A stretch of DNA of 64,000 nucleotides from the NCBI GenBank assembly GCA_963741715.1, contig CAVUJA010000002.1:136883-200882 (forward strand), read 5' to 3'. Origin of the DNA: an uncultured Acidobacteriota bacterium (GTDB taxonomy: Bacteria; Acidobacteriota; Vicinamibacteria; Vicinamibacterales; Fen-181). This document shows positions 52,504 to 62,465 of this stretch, piece by piece (the first letter of the stretch is position 1; each line of letters begins with the position of its first letter). Under the pieces are notes generated by a model. The model was not told where the DNA came from. It saw only the letters and a list, made by a program, of their open reading frames with translations, and did no database searches. A program made the position numbers and the translations under genes.

Positions 52504-53340
52504 GTGGCCACCAGTTCATTCCAGGAGATACCAGAAGCCGTGCCCGGACTACTCGCCGACGCCCGTGAGATGCTCGCCGAACAGGTACAGTATCGCGAGT
52601 TGCTCTACCAGATGACCCGTCGCGACCTGTTGCTGCGCTACAAGCAGACGGTCATGGGTTTCGGCTGGGCGATCTTCATGCCGCTCCTCAACACCGCCGT
52701 GTTCTCGGTGATCTTCACGCGGGTCGCGCCAATCAAGACGCCGGTCGCCTACCCGGTGTTCGCCTACTGCGGTCTCCTGTTCTGGAACTTCTTCGCCTCG
52801 TCGCTGCGCTTCTCGGTCGGGTCGCTCGTCACGAACACCAGCCTCGTCACCAAGGTGTACTTTCCTCGCGAGATCTTCCCGTTCTCCTGCGTCATCGTCT
52901 GCCTGATCGACACCCTCATCGGCGGGGTCGTCCTGGTCGGCTTGATGGTCTACTACCGGGTTGAGGTCGGGCCGGCGCTGCTGTTCCTCCCGGTGGTCAT
53001 GGCTGTACAGATGGCGTTCACGGCCGCGATTGCGTTGCTCGCCGCGATGGGGAACCTGTTCTACCGCGACGTGAAGTACCTCTTCGAGATCGTGGTCACC
53101 GTCTGGATGTTCCTCACGTCCGTCCTGTACCCGATGGACCTGGTGACCGGCCGGCTGAAGGCGGCGCTGCTGCTGAACCCGATGACACCGATCATCGACG
53201 CCTACCGGTCGGTGATCCTGCTCAACCGGATGCCGGACCCGCTCGCCTTCGGTCTCACGGCTGCGCTGTCGGTCGTGCTGCTCGCCGCCTGCTGGGTGGC
53301 GTTCCACAGGGCCGAGTTCAAGTTCGCGGAGAACATCTAG
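52504..53340 (+). CDS. ABC-2 type polysaccharide export permease (Wzm-like)
   Basis: YRELLYQMTRRDLLLRYKQTVMGFGWAIFMPLL plus 6 TM helices. Only the last ~280 codons of track ORF 50593..53340 are real. Start candidates are GTG 52504 (GGGAGG upstream) or ATG 52468. Confidence 0.8.
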   Translation: MATSSFQEIPEAVPGLLADAREMLAEQVQYRELLYQMTRRDLLLRYKQTVMGFGWAIFMPLLNTAVFSVIFTRVAPIKTPVAYPVFAYCGLLFWNFFASSLRFSVGSLVTNTSLVTKVYFPREIFPFSCVIVCLIDTLIGGVVLVGLMVYYRVEVGPALLFLPVVMAVQMAFTAAIALLAAMGNLFYRDVKYLFEIVVTVWMFLTSVLYPMDLVTGRLKAALLLNPMTPIIDAYRSVILLNRMPDPLAFGLTAALSVVLLAACWVAFHRAEFKFAENI

Positions 53341-54548
53341 TGAGCGACGCGATCATCGTGTTCGATGGTGTCTGGAAGAAGTTCCGGCGCGGCGAGCGTC
53401 ACGACAGCCTCCGCGATCTCATCCCGGGGACCGTGAAGTCGCTGTTCGGGCGTAAGAGAGCGGATGAGCTCCAGGAGCAGGAGTTCTGGGCGGTCAAGGA
53501 CGTGTCGTTCGAGGTGAAGCGAGGCGAGGCGCTCGGGATCATCGGGCCGAACGGGGCAGGAAAATCGACGACGTTGAAGCTGCTGACGCGGATCCTCAAA
53601 CCGACGCGAGGCTCGTGCTTCGTGCATGGACGGACCGGCGCTCTCATCGAGGTTGCGGCCGGCTTCCACCCAGACTTGACGGGCCGGGAGAACATCTTCC
53701 TCCAGGGCGCAATCATGGGGATGAAGCGCGCGGAGATCGCGAGGCGGTTCGACGAGATCGTGGAGTTCGCGGGCGTCGCCGATTTCATCGACACGCCGGT
53801 GAAGAGGTACTCCAGCGGCATGAACGCCCGTCTGGGCTTTTCCATCGCGGCGCACCTCGAACCCGAGGCGCTCATCATCGACGAGGTGCTGAGCGTGGGC
53901 GACACGGCGTTCCAGGAGAAATGCGTCGCCAGGATGACGGAGTTCAAGCGGAGCGGGGTGGCGATCGCATTCGTTTCGCACAACCTGCAGGCCGTGACCA
54001 ACCTGTGCGACCAGGCGCTCTACGTCAAGTCGAGTCCGCAGGCGTTCGGCAAGACCGACAGGGTGTTGGAGAAGTACCTGTCGGACACGGACTTGTCCGC
54101 CACCAACACCGGGACGGGCGCGGTCATCCCGCTCCGGGCGGAACTGGTCGATGAATCCGGCGGCCAGGCTTCAGACGTCAGACCCGGCGCCAACCTTGTC
54201 CTGAGGGTGGTCTACAAGGCCGTGCAGCCGGTGACCGACTATCACGTCGCGTTCCTCGCCTACCGATCGACGGACGGACTGACTGTGTATGACGGGAACT
54301 GGACCGGGGACGAACTGGGTCTGCCCGCGTTGGTGGCGGGGACGGAATTCACCGTGGACTTCCGGTTCCACGCCAACCTGACGCGCGGCCACTACCACCT
54401 CGCGTCGCACGTCTATCACAACCCCACCCAAACCTTCCTGGCACAGATCAGGCCGGCGGCGCTGTTCGCCGTCAACGAGCAGCGCACCTGGGCGGGCGTC
54501 GCGGATTTGGAAGTGAGTTCGGCTGCGCACGAGCTGGACGCACCGTAG
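53340..54548 (+). CDS. polysaccharide export ABC transporter ATP-binding protein (Wzt-like, with C-terminal extra domain)
   Basis: Walker A GPNGAGKST, signature YSSGMNARL, Walker B LIIDEVL, H-loop VSHNL. A ~150-aa C-terminal beta-rich extension, as in O-antigen Wzt proteins. GTG 53340 overlaps the permease stop. Confidence 0.85.
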   Translation: MSDAIIVFDGVWKKFRRGERHDSLRDLIPGTVKSLFGRKRADELQEQEFWAVKDVSFEVKRGEALGIIGPNGAGKSTTLKLLTRILKPTRGSCFVHGRTGALIEVAAGFHPDLTGRENIFLQGAIMGMKRAEIARRFDEIVEFAGVADFIDTPVKRYSSGMNARLGFSIAAHLEPEALIIDEVLSVGDTAFQEKCVARMTEFKRSGVAIAFVSHNLQAVTNLCDQALYVKSSPQAFGKTDRVLEKYLSDTDLSATNTGTGAVIPLRAELVDESGGQASDVRPGANLVLRVVYKAVQPVTDYHVAFLAYRSTDGLTVYDGNWTGDELGLPALVAGTEFTVDFRFHANLTRGHYHLASHVYHNPTQTFLAQIRPAALFAVNEQRTWAGVADLEVSSAAHELDAP

Positions 54549-54561
54549 TCATCGTCGTCGG

Positions 54562-55581
54562 CTAGCGGTTCTCCGTCGAACGGGTCGCCGCGCGCCAGGA
54601 TTCCGGCGTATGCTGCCGCAGACCCAGCTCCCACATCAGCCAGTGCCAAAACGCGCTGGCGCGCGCCCGCAGCCCGATGCCGAGGTAGCGCCAGTTCTGA
54701 CTCGTCGGCTTCAGAAGCGCCGACAGGATGCCGACGTCCTTCACGAACGTGAGGCGAAGGGCGGCGGATCGCTTCCCAAACACTCCGAAGTGCTTCAGGT
54801 AGAGGTAGATGGTGTTGCGGATGGCATTGATCTTCCACCGTGCCGACACCTCGCTCATGTCGGGACGGGGCTTCGCCAGGTGCACCGCCGACATGCGAGG
54901 GTTGTACACCACCCTCAGTCCCCGTTCGCGGATGGTGAGGCAGTGGTCGGTCTCGATCCGGTTCCCGCTGCTGTACGGCTGCGCGAGCAGCACCGTGTCG
55001 TTCAGGCCAGCCCTGTTGACGGCCTCGCGCGTGAAGACGTAGCAGAACCCGTACACGTGCTCGACGTCGATGGGGTCGCCGCAATCGACGTTGAAGTTCG
55101 CGACCACCTCGCCCGACTCGCCGATCCGCCCGATGCCCTCGCCGGAGTTCTTGTACCCCGCTTCAATGGCCCGACAGCCAACGCACCCAATCGACGGGTC
55201 GGACTCCAGCAGGCGGTCGCACTCCCGCAGCAGGTCCTTCGCCGGCCGCGCATCGTCGTTCAACAACAGGATCGCGTCGCCAGTTGCTTCGACGATCCCG
55301 CGGTTGACCGAGTAGCCGTAACCTCGGTTCTGACGGTTCACGAGGTAGCGCAGGGTGAGCCGATCGAGAAACGGGGCCGCTGCCGCCCGGCTGTGCTCGG
55401 CTTCTCCCCCGTTGTCGATGATGACGACTTCCAGCCGATCGAGAGGGTATTCCAGCGCGCAGATCGATTCGAGGCATTCCGCAAGCTGGTCGGGTCGCCG
55501 AAAGGTCGGGATGACAATCGAGTAGACCGGTGCCGTGGTCAAGGAAGCTGTTCTCCGCGGGCAAGTCGATCCTTCCACCAT
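54562..55581 (-). CDS. family-2 glycosyltransferase
   Basis: YSIVIPTFRRPDQL ... VVIIDNGG ... LLLNDDARP (DXD-type). Start at ATG 55581, or TTG 55542 overlapping the upstream stop. Confidence 0.8.
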   Translation of the reverse strand: MVEGSTCPRRTASLTTAPVYSIVIPTFRRPDQLAECLESICALEYPLDRLEVVIIDNGGEAEHSRAAAAPFLDRLTLRYLVNRQNRGYGYSVNRGIVEATGDAILLLNDDARPAKDLLRECDRLLESDPSIGCVGCRAIEAGYKNSGEGIGRIGESGEVVANFNVDCGDPIDVEHVYGFCYVFTREAVNRAGLNDTVLLAQPYSSGNRIETDHCLTIRERGLRVVYNPRMSAVHLAKPRPDMSEVSARWKINAIRNTIYLYLKHFGVFGKRSAALRLTFVKDVGILSALLKPTSQNWRYLGIGLRARASAFWHWLMWELGLRQHTPESWRAATRSTENR

Positions 55582-56462
55582 GCGATCGTCCGGGTGAGGC
55601 CCTCGTCCAACGAGATGGTGGGCCGCCACCGCACCTCGGTCGAAAGACGCGACACGTCGGCCACTACGAGCGGCTTGTCGGTCGGAGCGGCCGGGATGGC
55701 GCCGAAATCGAACCGGTCCGACAGTCCCATCAGTTCCCCGGCGCGGTTTGCCAGTTCCCGCAGCGTGACCGCTCGCCCCGACGCAACGTTCACGGCACCG
55801 GTCACGTCGCTTTCGAGGAGTGTCACGAGGGCGTCCGCCACGTCACCGGCATACAGGTAGTCGCGCACCTGCCGTCCGTGGGAGCACCTGGCGCGCTCTC
55901 CCTTTGCCAGGGAGCGGATCACGGACGGAACGAGGCGGTCGGGGTGTTCCCACGGCCCGTACAAGAAGAAGATCCGGCCCCAGGCGAGGCTGAGCGCCGA
56001 CTCGCGGGCATATCCCTCCAGCAGGAGCCTGAGCGCGTGCTTCGCTGTGCCGTACAACGTGTGCGGCTGACAGGGCGTCAGGCGCTCGGAGCAGAAGCCG
56101 TAGTCCCAGTCGTACTCCAGGCACGAGCCCGCCACGACCATTCGCCGGCCGCCGGCCTCCCGGAACGCGCGACCGAGCGCCAGGCTCGCGGTCACCCAAT
56201 CGAGGTTTTCCGGCGCCTTCGCCCACTGCCCCGGGGCGATGAACCAGGCGAGGTGCAGGAGGGCGTCGGCCCGGGCCTCTTCCACCACGCGTCTCGCGTC
56301 AGCGCGCTCGAGCAGGTTCGCAACATGCCAGACGGGACCCGGCAGGTCTGTCGGCGCTTCACCGAGCGCCACGGCGTGGACCTCCCAACCGCGCTGCGCC
56401 AGCAACGGGACCGCCTGCCGCCCCACGCACCCGGTCGCACCGGTCACCAGTACGCGCTTCAT
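55539..56462 (-). CDS. NAD-dependent epimerase/dehydratase family protein (probable 4-keto reductase of the CDP-sugar pathway)
   Basis: Rossmann motif VLVTGATGCVG. Catalytic YGTAK (YxxxK). 307 aa. Confidence 0.8.
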   Translation of the reverse strand: MKRVLVTGATGCVGRQAVPLLAQRGWEVHAVALGEAPTDLPGPVWHVANLLERADARRVVEEARADALLHLAWFIAPGQWAKAPENLDWVTASLALGRAFREAGGRRMVVAGSCLEYDWDYGFCSERLTPCQPHTLYGTAKHALRLLLEGYARESALSLAWGRIFFLYGPWEHPDRLVPSVIRSLAKGERARCSHGRQVRDYLYAGDVADALVTLLESDVTGAVNVASGRAVTLRELANRAGELMGLSDRFDFGAIPAAPTDKPLVVADVSRLSTEVRWRPTISLDEGLTRTIAWWKDRLARGEQLP

Positions 56463-57001
56463 TTGCTGGCTCGCGGCGCGTAGTCAGGCCACTGCCTGTC
56501 CTTATCGGACATGTGCGCCGGCGGAAGCGGCCACGCGATCCGGAACGCTGGGTCATCCCACCGCACGCCTCGTTCGGCGGCCGGCACGTAGAATGCGGAC
56601 ACCGGGTACAACACCTCGCACTCGTCGGCGAGCGCCTGGTACCCGTGCGCGCAGCCGGCGGGCACGTAGAGCATCCGGCGGTTGTCGGCGGACAGGTCGG
56701 CGCCGAACCACTTGAGGTAGGTCGGCGACCCTGGCCGTAGGTCGACGAGGACGTCGAACACCGCGCCGCGGACGCAGCGCATCAGCTTGACTTCCGCGTG
56801 AGGATCGGCCTGGTAGTGCAGGCCGCGAAGCGTGCCCCGCCACCGGCTGAAGGCGTCGTTGCACTGGACGAAGGCGGCGCCGAGGCCGCGCGACGCAAAC
56901 TCCTGCTGGCACCAGGCACGCGCGAAGAAACCCCGCTCGTCCCCCCTGGGTTCGGCGTCAATCAGCCAGGCGCCGGCGATGGGCGTCTCGGTGAAGATCA
57001 T
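56459..57001 (-). CDS. RmlC-like cupin, NDP-4-keto-6-deoxyhexose 3,5-epimerase family
   Basis: 180 aa. Pattern D.RG.F...W ... QCN.S.S..GTLRGLHYQ ... KL(M)RCV.G.VFDV.VDLR..SPT. ... L.S.DN...L.VP.G.AHG(Y). Confidence 0.85.
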   Translation of the reverse strand: MIFTETPIAGAWLIDAEPRGDERGFFARAWCQQEFASRGLGAAFVQCNDAFSRWRGTLRGLHYQADPHAEVKLMRCVRGAVFDVLVDLRPGSPTYLKWFGADLSADNRRMLYVPAGCAHGYQALADECEVLYPVSAFYVPAAERGVRWDDPAFRIAWPLPPAHMSDKDRQWPDYAPRASK

Positions 57002-57990
57002 TGCGCGTCTGCGTCAGACCGCGGACCGAAGAACGCACGGTACCACGCGACGGTAGCAGTCAGGCCCTGCTCCAGCGTGAACGCCGGCTTCCACTGCAGG
57101 ACGCGGCGCGCCTTGGAAGCATCGAGATACTGGTCGCGAATTTCCGCGCGGACCTGGTCGAGGATGACGGGCTCCAGGTCGGCACGGCCCATCACCCGCT
57201 GGATCTCGCGGACGATGTCGATCACCTGGACCTGTATCTCGGGGCTGAAGTTGAACGCCTGGCCTCGGACCTCCGCCCGGTCCGCGGCGGCGCCGAGGGC
57301 CAGGTAGGCCTCCACGACGTCCTCCACGTAGATGTAATCGCGGATGAACCGGCCGTCGCTCCGGATGATGGGGCGCTCGCCCGACAGGAGGCTGCGAATC
57401 GTCCCCGGGACGATGCGGCTCCAGTTCAGATCGCCGCCCCCGTAGATGTTGCCGCACCGCGCGATGCTCACCGGCAGGCCGTACGTGTGGGCGTAGGTCA
57501 TCGCGAGCAGGTCCGTGCAACTCTTGCTCACGTCGTAGGGGTGCCGACCGTTGACAGGCATGTCCTCGGTGTACGGGAGGACGGGCACGTCCCCGTAGGC
57601 CTTGTCGCTGCTCGCCACGACGACCCGCTTCACCAAGTCCGGGTGACTCCTCGCGGCCTCGAGCACGTTCCACGTTCCGCGAATGTTGGTTTCGAAGGTC
57701 GGCAGGGGATTGCGCAGGGCCGTGGTGACAATCGGCTGCGCCCCAAGATGGAAGATCGTGTCGATGTCGTGCTCGTTGACCGCGCGCTCCTGCGTCGCAA
57801 AACTCTCGAGCGCGCCGTTCACGACCGAGACACGCTTCACGGTTCCTGAGCGTATCAGGTCGCTCTGGGGGTCGGTGTCGTGCATCAACGCCACCACGTA
57901 GGCGCCTTCGGCAACCAGGCGCCGCACCAACCAGGAGCCGACGATCCCGGACGCGCCGGTGACGTAGACGCGTGACGACTTCCACATCAT
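56998..57990 (-). CDS. rfbG: CDP-glucose 4,6-dehydratase
   Basis: VYVTGASGIVGSWL, SSDKAYG, YDVSKSC (YxxxK), RCGN.YGGGD. Located immediately after the cytidylyltransferase gene. ATG 57990 overlaps its stop (ATGA). Confidence 0.8.
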   Translation of the reverse strand: MMWKSSRVYVTGASGIVGSWLVRRLVAEGAYVVALMHDTDPQSDLIRSGTVKRVSVVNGALESFATQERAVNEHDIDTIFHLGAQPIVTTALRNPLPTFETNIRGTWNVLEAARSHPDLVKRVVVASSDKAYGDVPVLPYTEDMPVNGRHPYDVSKSCTDLLAMTYAHTYGLPVSIARCGNIYGGGDLNWSRIVPGTIRSLLSGERPIIRSDGRFIRDYIYVEDVVEAYLALGAAADRAEVRGQAFNFSPEIQVQVIDIVREIQRVMGRADLEPVILDQVRAEIRDQYLDASKARRVLQWKPAFTLEQGLTATVAWYRAFFGPRSDADAQ

Positions 57991-58766
57991 CGATCCACCC
58001 AGACCTTCCATGGCGCCTTGCCGGAGTTCCAGAGATCCTCGAGGAGCTTGCGCTCGCGTATCGTGTCCATTGGCTGGAAGAAGCCCTCGTGCCGGTAGGC
58101 CATCAACTGGCCATCACGCGCGAGACGTTCGAGCGGCTCTCGCTCCCACAGCGTCTCGTCGTTGTCCACGTAGTCGAGGACCTTGCGGTCCAGGACGAAG
58201 AACCCGCCGTTGATCCAGCCCTCCCCCGCTTGCGGCTTCTCGGTGAACTCGGCCACGCGGTCGCCGTCGAAGACGATGCCGCCGAACCGCGCCGGGGGGC
58301 GGACGGTGGTCACGGTTGCCAGCCTGCCGTGCTGCTCGTGGAACCTGAGAAGGGCCCGGATGTTGACGTCGGCGAGCCCGTCACCGTAGGTGAGCATGAA
58401 GGTCCGGTCTTCGCCCAGCCACTTCGCCAGCCGCTTCACGCGCCCGCCCGTCTGCGTGTCTGCCCCGGTGTCCACGAGGTGCACGCGCCAGCGCGGCTGG
58501 TTTCCCTCATGCACGGTGGTGTGGCCGCTGGCGAGGTCGAGGGAGATGTTGTTGTTCAATGCGAAGAAGTTGAGGAAGTACTCCTTGACGACTTCTCCCC
58601 GGTAGCCGAGCGCCACGATGAACTCGTCCACACCGAAGGCGGCGTAGATGTTCATGATGTGCCAGAGGATCGGCTTGCCGCCGATCTCCACCATCGGCTT
58701 CGGCTTGAGGACTGTCTCCTCCGAAAGTCGCGAACCGAGACCGCCCGCGAGAATGATCGCCTTCAT
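57987..58766 (-). CDS. rfbF: glucose-1-phosphate cytidylyltransferase
   Basis: MKAIILAGGLGSRLSEET..KPKPMVEIGGKPILWHIM..Y ... TYGDG(L)ADVNI ... GG.INGGFFVL, the characteristic RfbF pattern. 259 aa. Confidence 0.88.
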   Translation of the reverse strand: MKAIILAGGLGSRLSEETVLKPKPMVEIGGKPILWHIMNIYAAFGVDEFIVALGYRGEVVKEYFLNFFALNNNISLDLASGHTTVHEGNQPRWRVHLVDTGADTQTGGRVKRLAKWLGEDRTFMLTYGDGLADVNIRALLRFHEQHGRLATVTTVRPPARFGGIVFDGDRVAEFTEKPQAGEGWINGGFFVLDRKVLDYVDNDETLWEREPLERLARDGQLMAYRHEGFFQPMDTIRERKLLEDLWNSGKAPWKVWVDR

Positions 58767-59701
58767 TCCGCCGCCTCCGCCGCCTTGCGCCTAGCCCCAA
58801 GGCACTCCACGGCTGCACCGAGAAAGAAGTCGTACTTTCTCAACGCCGCCAATCCTCCCGAGCGCAAGCATCCGGGCCGGCGCAGGAGGCTCCGCACCCG
58901 TAATACCAGGAGTTGCTTCACCATCCACAACGGCACGCCGTACAGTTGTTTACCACCCGGGCAGCCTTGCGCCCTTACCCATGTTCGACCGCGCCCGCGA
59001 GTGTAGCGACACAGATACGACAGAGTCATCCGGTCGGGAGCGACGAAGTGCCTGACCCTCATGCCGGGCACCCACACACAGGGTCCGCCATCCCTCCTGA
59101 TCTGCTCAATAACGGCGGTCTCCTCACCGACCGCGATCTGCGACCCAATGGAGCCGATTTCCGTAGGGAACCGGTACTTTCGGAGTATGGAAAGGCGAAA
59201 ACCCATGTTCGCCCCCCAGACATCCTTGCCTGCGTCCAGCAACCCTTCCGGAAGATCGTGGTCGAGCCCGCAATACCCGGTGGCCAGCATCGGAAACGCC
59301 TCCGTGAGCATCGGGTCCGGAGGCGAAGGGAACCACGGCTCGATTGGCCCTCCGAACACCGCTGCCGTCGGATGGCGGACCGTGGCCGTGTAGAATGCCC
59401 GCAACCAGTTCCCGCCGACGATCACATCATCGTCGGTCCACAAGATAGAATCGCCCCTCGCCTCGTCGACGGCGCGGTTCCGTGCGTGGGCGATTCCCTG
59501 CCTCTTCTCGGCCACAGTGCGCAGGGGCAGTGCCTCATGTGCCGACGCTAGAACCGACGGCGTGTCATCGGTGGAGTTGTTATCGACAACCACAAGTTCC
59601 CACTGCAGACCCGAGGGTACGTCCATTGCGCGGAAAGCGTCCAGCGCCTGACGCAAAAGCGCCGATCGATTGTAGGTGCAGACGGCAACGGTCAGAACCA
59701 T
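58763..59701 (-). CDS. family-2 glycosyltransferase
   Basis: LTVAVCTYNRSALL ... LVVVDNNSTDDT ... ILWTDDD. Confidence 0.8.
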   Translation of the reverse strand: MVLTVAVCTYNRSALLRQALDAFRAMDVPSGLQWELVVVDNNSTDDTPSVLASAHEALPLRTVAEKRQGIAHARNRAVDEARGDSILWTDDDVIVGGNWLRAFYTATVRHPTAAVFGGPIEPWFPSPPDPMLTEAFPMLATGYCGLDHDLPEGLLDAGKDVWGANMGFRLSILRKYRFPTEIGSIGSQIAVGEETAVIEQIRRDGGPCVWVPGMRVRHFVAPDRMTLSYLCRYTRGRGRTWVRAQGCPGGKQLYGVPLWMVKQLLVLRVRSLLRRPGCLRSGGLAALRKYDFFLGAAVECLGARRKAAEAAE

Positions 59702-59728
59702 CAGTTCAGATCCTAACGACGGGCTTGC

Positions 59729-60715
59729 TCATCGTCTCCCCGTCTGGGCCTTAAGGCCTCGAGCGCTGGCTATGACCGCGGGTGGCAGGTAGGTGGCTGC
59801 CCAGTAGGCCGTCACCATTGGCCGCGGGCCGCATTCACGAATCAGATCACGCAGGCGAAGTCTTGCCTCACGGAAATCCTCCCTGCGAAAGGCCTGCAGC
59901 CCCCAGTCTAAGAAGGTGGCACGGTACAGCGCCGACAGTTCCGGCTTGATGGCTGGAGGAAGATCGGCGGCGAGGTCGAGGAACTTCTTGCGAATCTTGA
60001 CGCCGTTGCCGACCATATTCTCGAGATCGGCGGACATATTCCCCGGATGCTTTTCCAGGTATACCGACGCGGCATCAAGATAGGCAAAGGGTCCGCGCAG
60101 GGCCAGCCGGGTGAAGAAATCCCATTCTTCGTAGCCGGTCAGTTGTTCGTCGAAGCCGCCCATCACTTCGACCAGGTTCCGACGGACGACCGCCGTCTGG
60201 GCAAGCACGGTGTTCTGCCGGCACAACTGGAATCGCAAGAACCCGTCTTCGTCGAGGAGCCGGATGCCGTCACCGATCGGAGTCGAGCGTATTTGCCACC
60301 ATTCGTCCAATGCGCGGCTATGGTGGCCGCGCTCATAGGTGGTGCCGCGATAGTTCGACAGGACGTCTGAGAAAACCGCTGCGACCCGCGGGTGTCGATC
60401 GAGGGCCGCCACCATGACCACGTGTGCGCCCGGAATGAATCGGTCGTCCGAATCCAGAAAGGCAAGGAGCGCTCCGCGACTCGCGCGAATTCCGGCGTTC
60501 CTCGCTGCCGAAGCACCTCTGTTGCCCTGCGCGATATACCGAATGGGACCGGAGATTTGTCGTACGACGTTCGCAGTGTCATCCTCCGATCCGTCGTCGA
60601 CGACGATTACTTCGAAGTCCTGCAGACCCGAAGACAGGATAGAGGCCAGGCAGGCTGGCAGAAAGGTCGCGCGGTTGAACGTAGGCACGATCACGCTGCA
60701 AAGTGGCACTGGCAT
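59729..60715 (-). CDS. family-2 glycosyltransferase
   Basis: CSVIVPTFNRATFL ... VIVVDDGSEDDT ... LAFLDSDD. Start at ATG 60715 (MPVPL...) is preferred over 60748. Confidence 0.8.
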   Translation of the reverse strand: MPVPLCSVIVPTFNRATFLPACLASILSSGLQDFEVIVVDDGSEDDTANVVRQISGPIRYIAQGNRGASAARNAGIRASRGALLAFLDSDDRFIPGAHVVMVAALDRHPRVAAVFSDVLSNYRGTTYERGHHSRALDEWWQIRSTPIGDGIRLLDEDGFLRFQLCRQNTVLAQTAVVRRNLVEVMGGFDEQLTGYEEWDFFTRLALRGPFAYLDAASVYLEKHPGNMSADLENMVGNGVKIRKKFLDLAADLPPAIKPELSALYRATFLDWGLQAFRREDFREARLRLRDLIRECGPRPMVTAYWAATYLPPAVIASARGLKAQTGRR

Positions 60716-60918
60716 GCTTGTTGCTGCCCGACAGGCGCTCGCCTGCAATCCCCGACAGCGGATTGCCGGATACTGTTGTTATCGGATGTGGGCGCGAGCT
60801 GGTTTACCCTGGAGATCCTTGGCATCCACACATCTCGGTTGTCCGATTCCCGTGTCGAGGATGGCAGGCCGGGCATGGGCCACTCCACCTGTTCTTACCA
60901 GGACAGCAGTTGCCGGAC

Positions 60919-62114
60919 ATGTATACTGGTGTCCTGTCGAAACGCGCACCGCGAACCAGTGTGACCGATCAGCAAATCTACCCGCAACTATCGACCAGTG
61001 CCAACAACGCTTGCGAAGCCCTGGTTTTCAATTCGCAACGGATCCGTGGGATTTGCATCCTCGCGGTCGTTGCGATTCATGCCACGCCTGAATTTCCCAC
61101 ACGAACGCCGGTCGATTGGGCCACGGTGCTTCTGATCTATGCAAACAGCCTTGCTCGATTCGCGGTACCTGTCTTCGTCCTGATCTCCGGCTTCTACCTG
61201 AGCCTAAACAAACGCAACCAGCGGCCCGTTCAGTTCTATCGTCGCACCCTGAAGTTCCTCGTGATTCCCTACGTGGTTTACACGACGCTGTACTCGGCGG
61301 TTCACTTTGCGGAGGTCGGCTCAGCAGGTGCATGGAGCAGGTACCCCATCGGCGAGCGATTCGCCAGATACTCCTTTGGAATCTTCGCCACGCCTCTGCA
61401 GAGGGCATTCTCTGGTTCATCCCAGCGATATTGGGACTTTACTTGCTCCATCCCTTCCTCAGGAGCGCGTATGAGCGAGTCGGGCACAACGGGCGATTTG
61501 TCGCACTCGCGTTCATTTTCCAACTCGCCTTCGGCACGCTCGACGAGGCCTACAGGCAGTCAATTCGGCAGAGTGAATTCCGTTGGCTCGCCGATCTGGG
61601 CCTTTCGTTCCTGCCCCTGCTCGGGTACTTCGTTCTCGGATATCACGTACACGATCACGCGCAGACTGTAGTGCGCGTGGTGTGGCGGCGAAAGGTTCAG
61701 GTACTGGCTCTCGTTACATGGTCAGCGATGGCGATCTTCCTGGAACTGTACTGGTTCTTCCCATTGCCCGTCGCGAGGTATTCCCAAACGCTTCTCGGAG
61801 CACGTGTGCTACGGGTGCTCTTGGCCGCGCCGTTGAGCGTCGCTGCCTCCATCGTAATGCTGCGCTGGGTTCTGGAAAGACGAGGGACGGACGCTGTGAA
61901 CCGGCTCCTTCAGACGTGCGGACTCTATGCCTACGGAGTTTATTATCTGCATCCGCTCGTGCTGATGTTTGTGGGATGGGGCTTGACGGCGGTGGCCGGG
62001 CTTGATGCGAGCAGCGCCGAGTCTTATGTCCTGTATCTTCCGCTCGGCTCCCTGGTCAGCGTATTTGCCGCCAGACAACTTGCACGTTTGCCCACTAGCA
62101 GATATCTCGTGTGA
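60919..62114 (+). CDS. acyltransferase family 3 (membrane O-acyltransferase), frameshifted as assembled
   Basis: RIRGICILAVVAIHA ... ARFAVPVFVLISGFYL is in the frame of 60703. ILWFIPAILGLYLLHPFL ... GVYYLHPLVLMFV is in the frame of 61116. The frames swap in ~61320-61400. Confidence 0.75.
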
Positions 62115-62267
62115 CCAGATCCCGCAACTCGGGCGCATCCTCCGCAGACGCACGGTGACGACGTGCCCGTGTCTGCCGGGACATCAAGTTCTATAAGTTC
62201 GTAAGAGCCTTGACAGTTCCGGTCGTCTGACCGGTCGGTGCCCTGGGCCACGGTTCAGAATCCCGCC

Positions 62268-62465
62268 GGCCCTCGGTGGACACTTGAATACCGGATCAAG
62301 CCCATGTCCGTGTTTGACGGTGGCATCTACCTCATTCGGACGAACGTCCCCGAGCCGCAGATGACGGCCGACGACGCGGTGCGGAACTACAAGGCGCTCA
62401 GCCAGGTCGAACGCGCCTTCCGATCGCTGAACACGATCGACCTCCACGTCCGACCGATCCAAATC
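62268..62465 (+). pseudogene. fragment of an IS1634/IS4-superfamily transposase gene
   Basis: FDGGIYLIRTNVPEPQMTADDAVRNYKALSQVERAFRSLNTIDLHVRPI matches the conserved C-terminal third of such transposases. It has no N-terminal catalytic part and breaks off where the next gene ends. Confidence 0.7.

Noticed and set aside
50593-53340. 915-aa ORF as a single gene.
   Set aside because: The first ~630 codons run antisense or out of frame through the PEP-CTERM gene and the GT4 gene and are compositional junk. Only the last ~280 codons (the Wzm-like permease) are credible.
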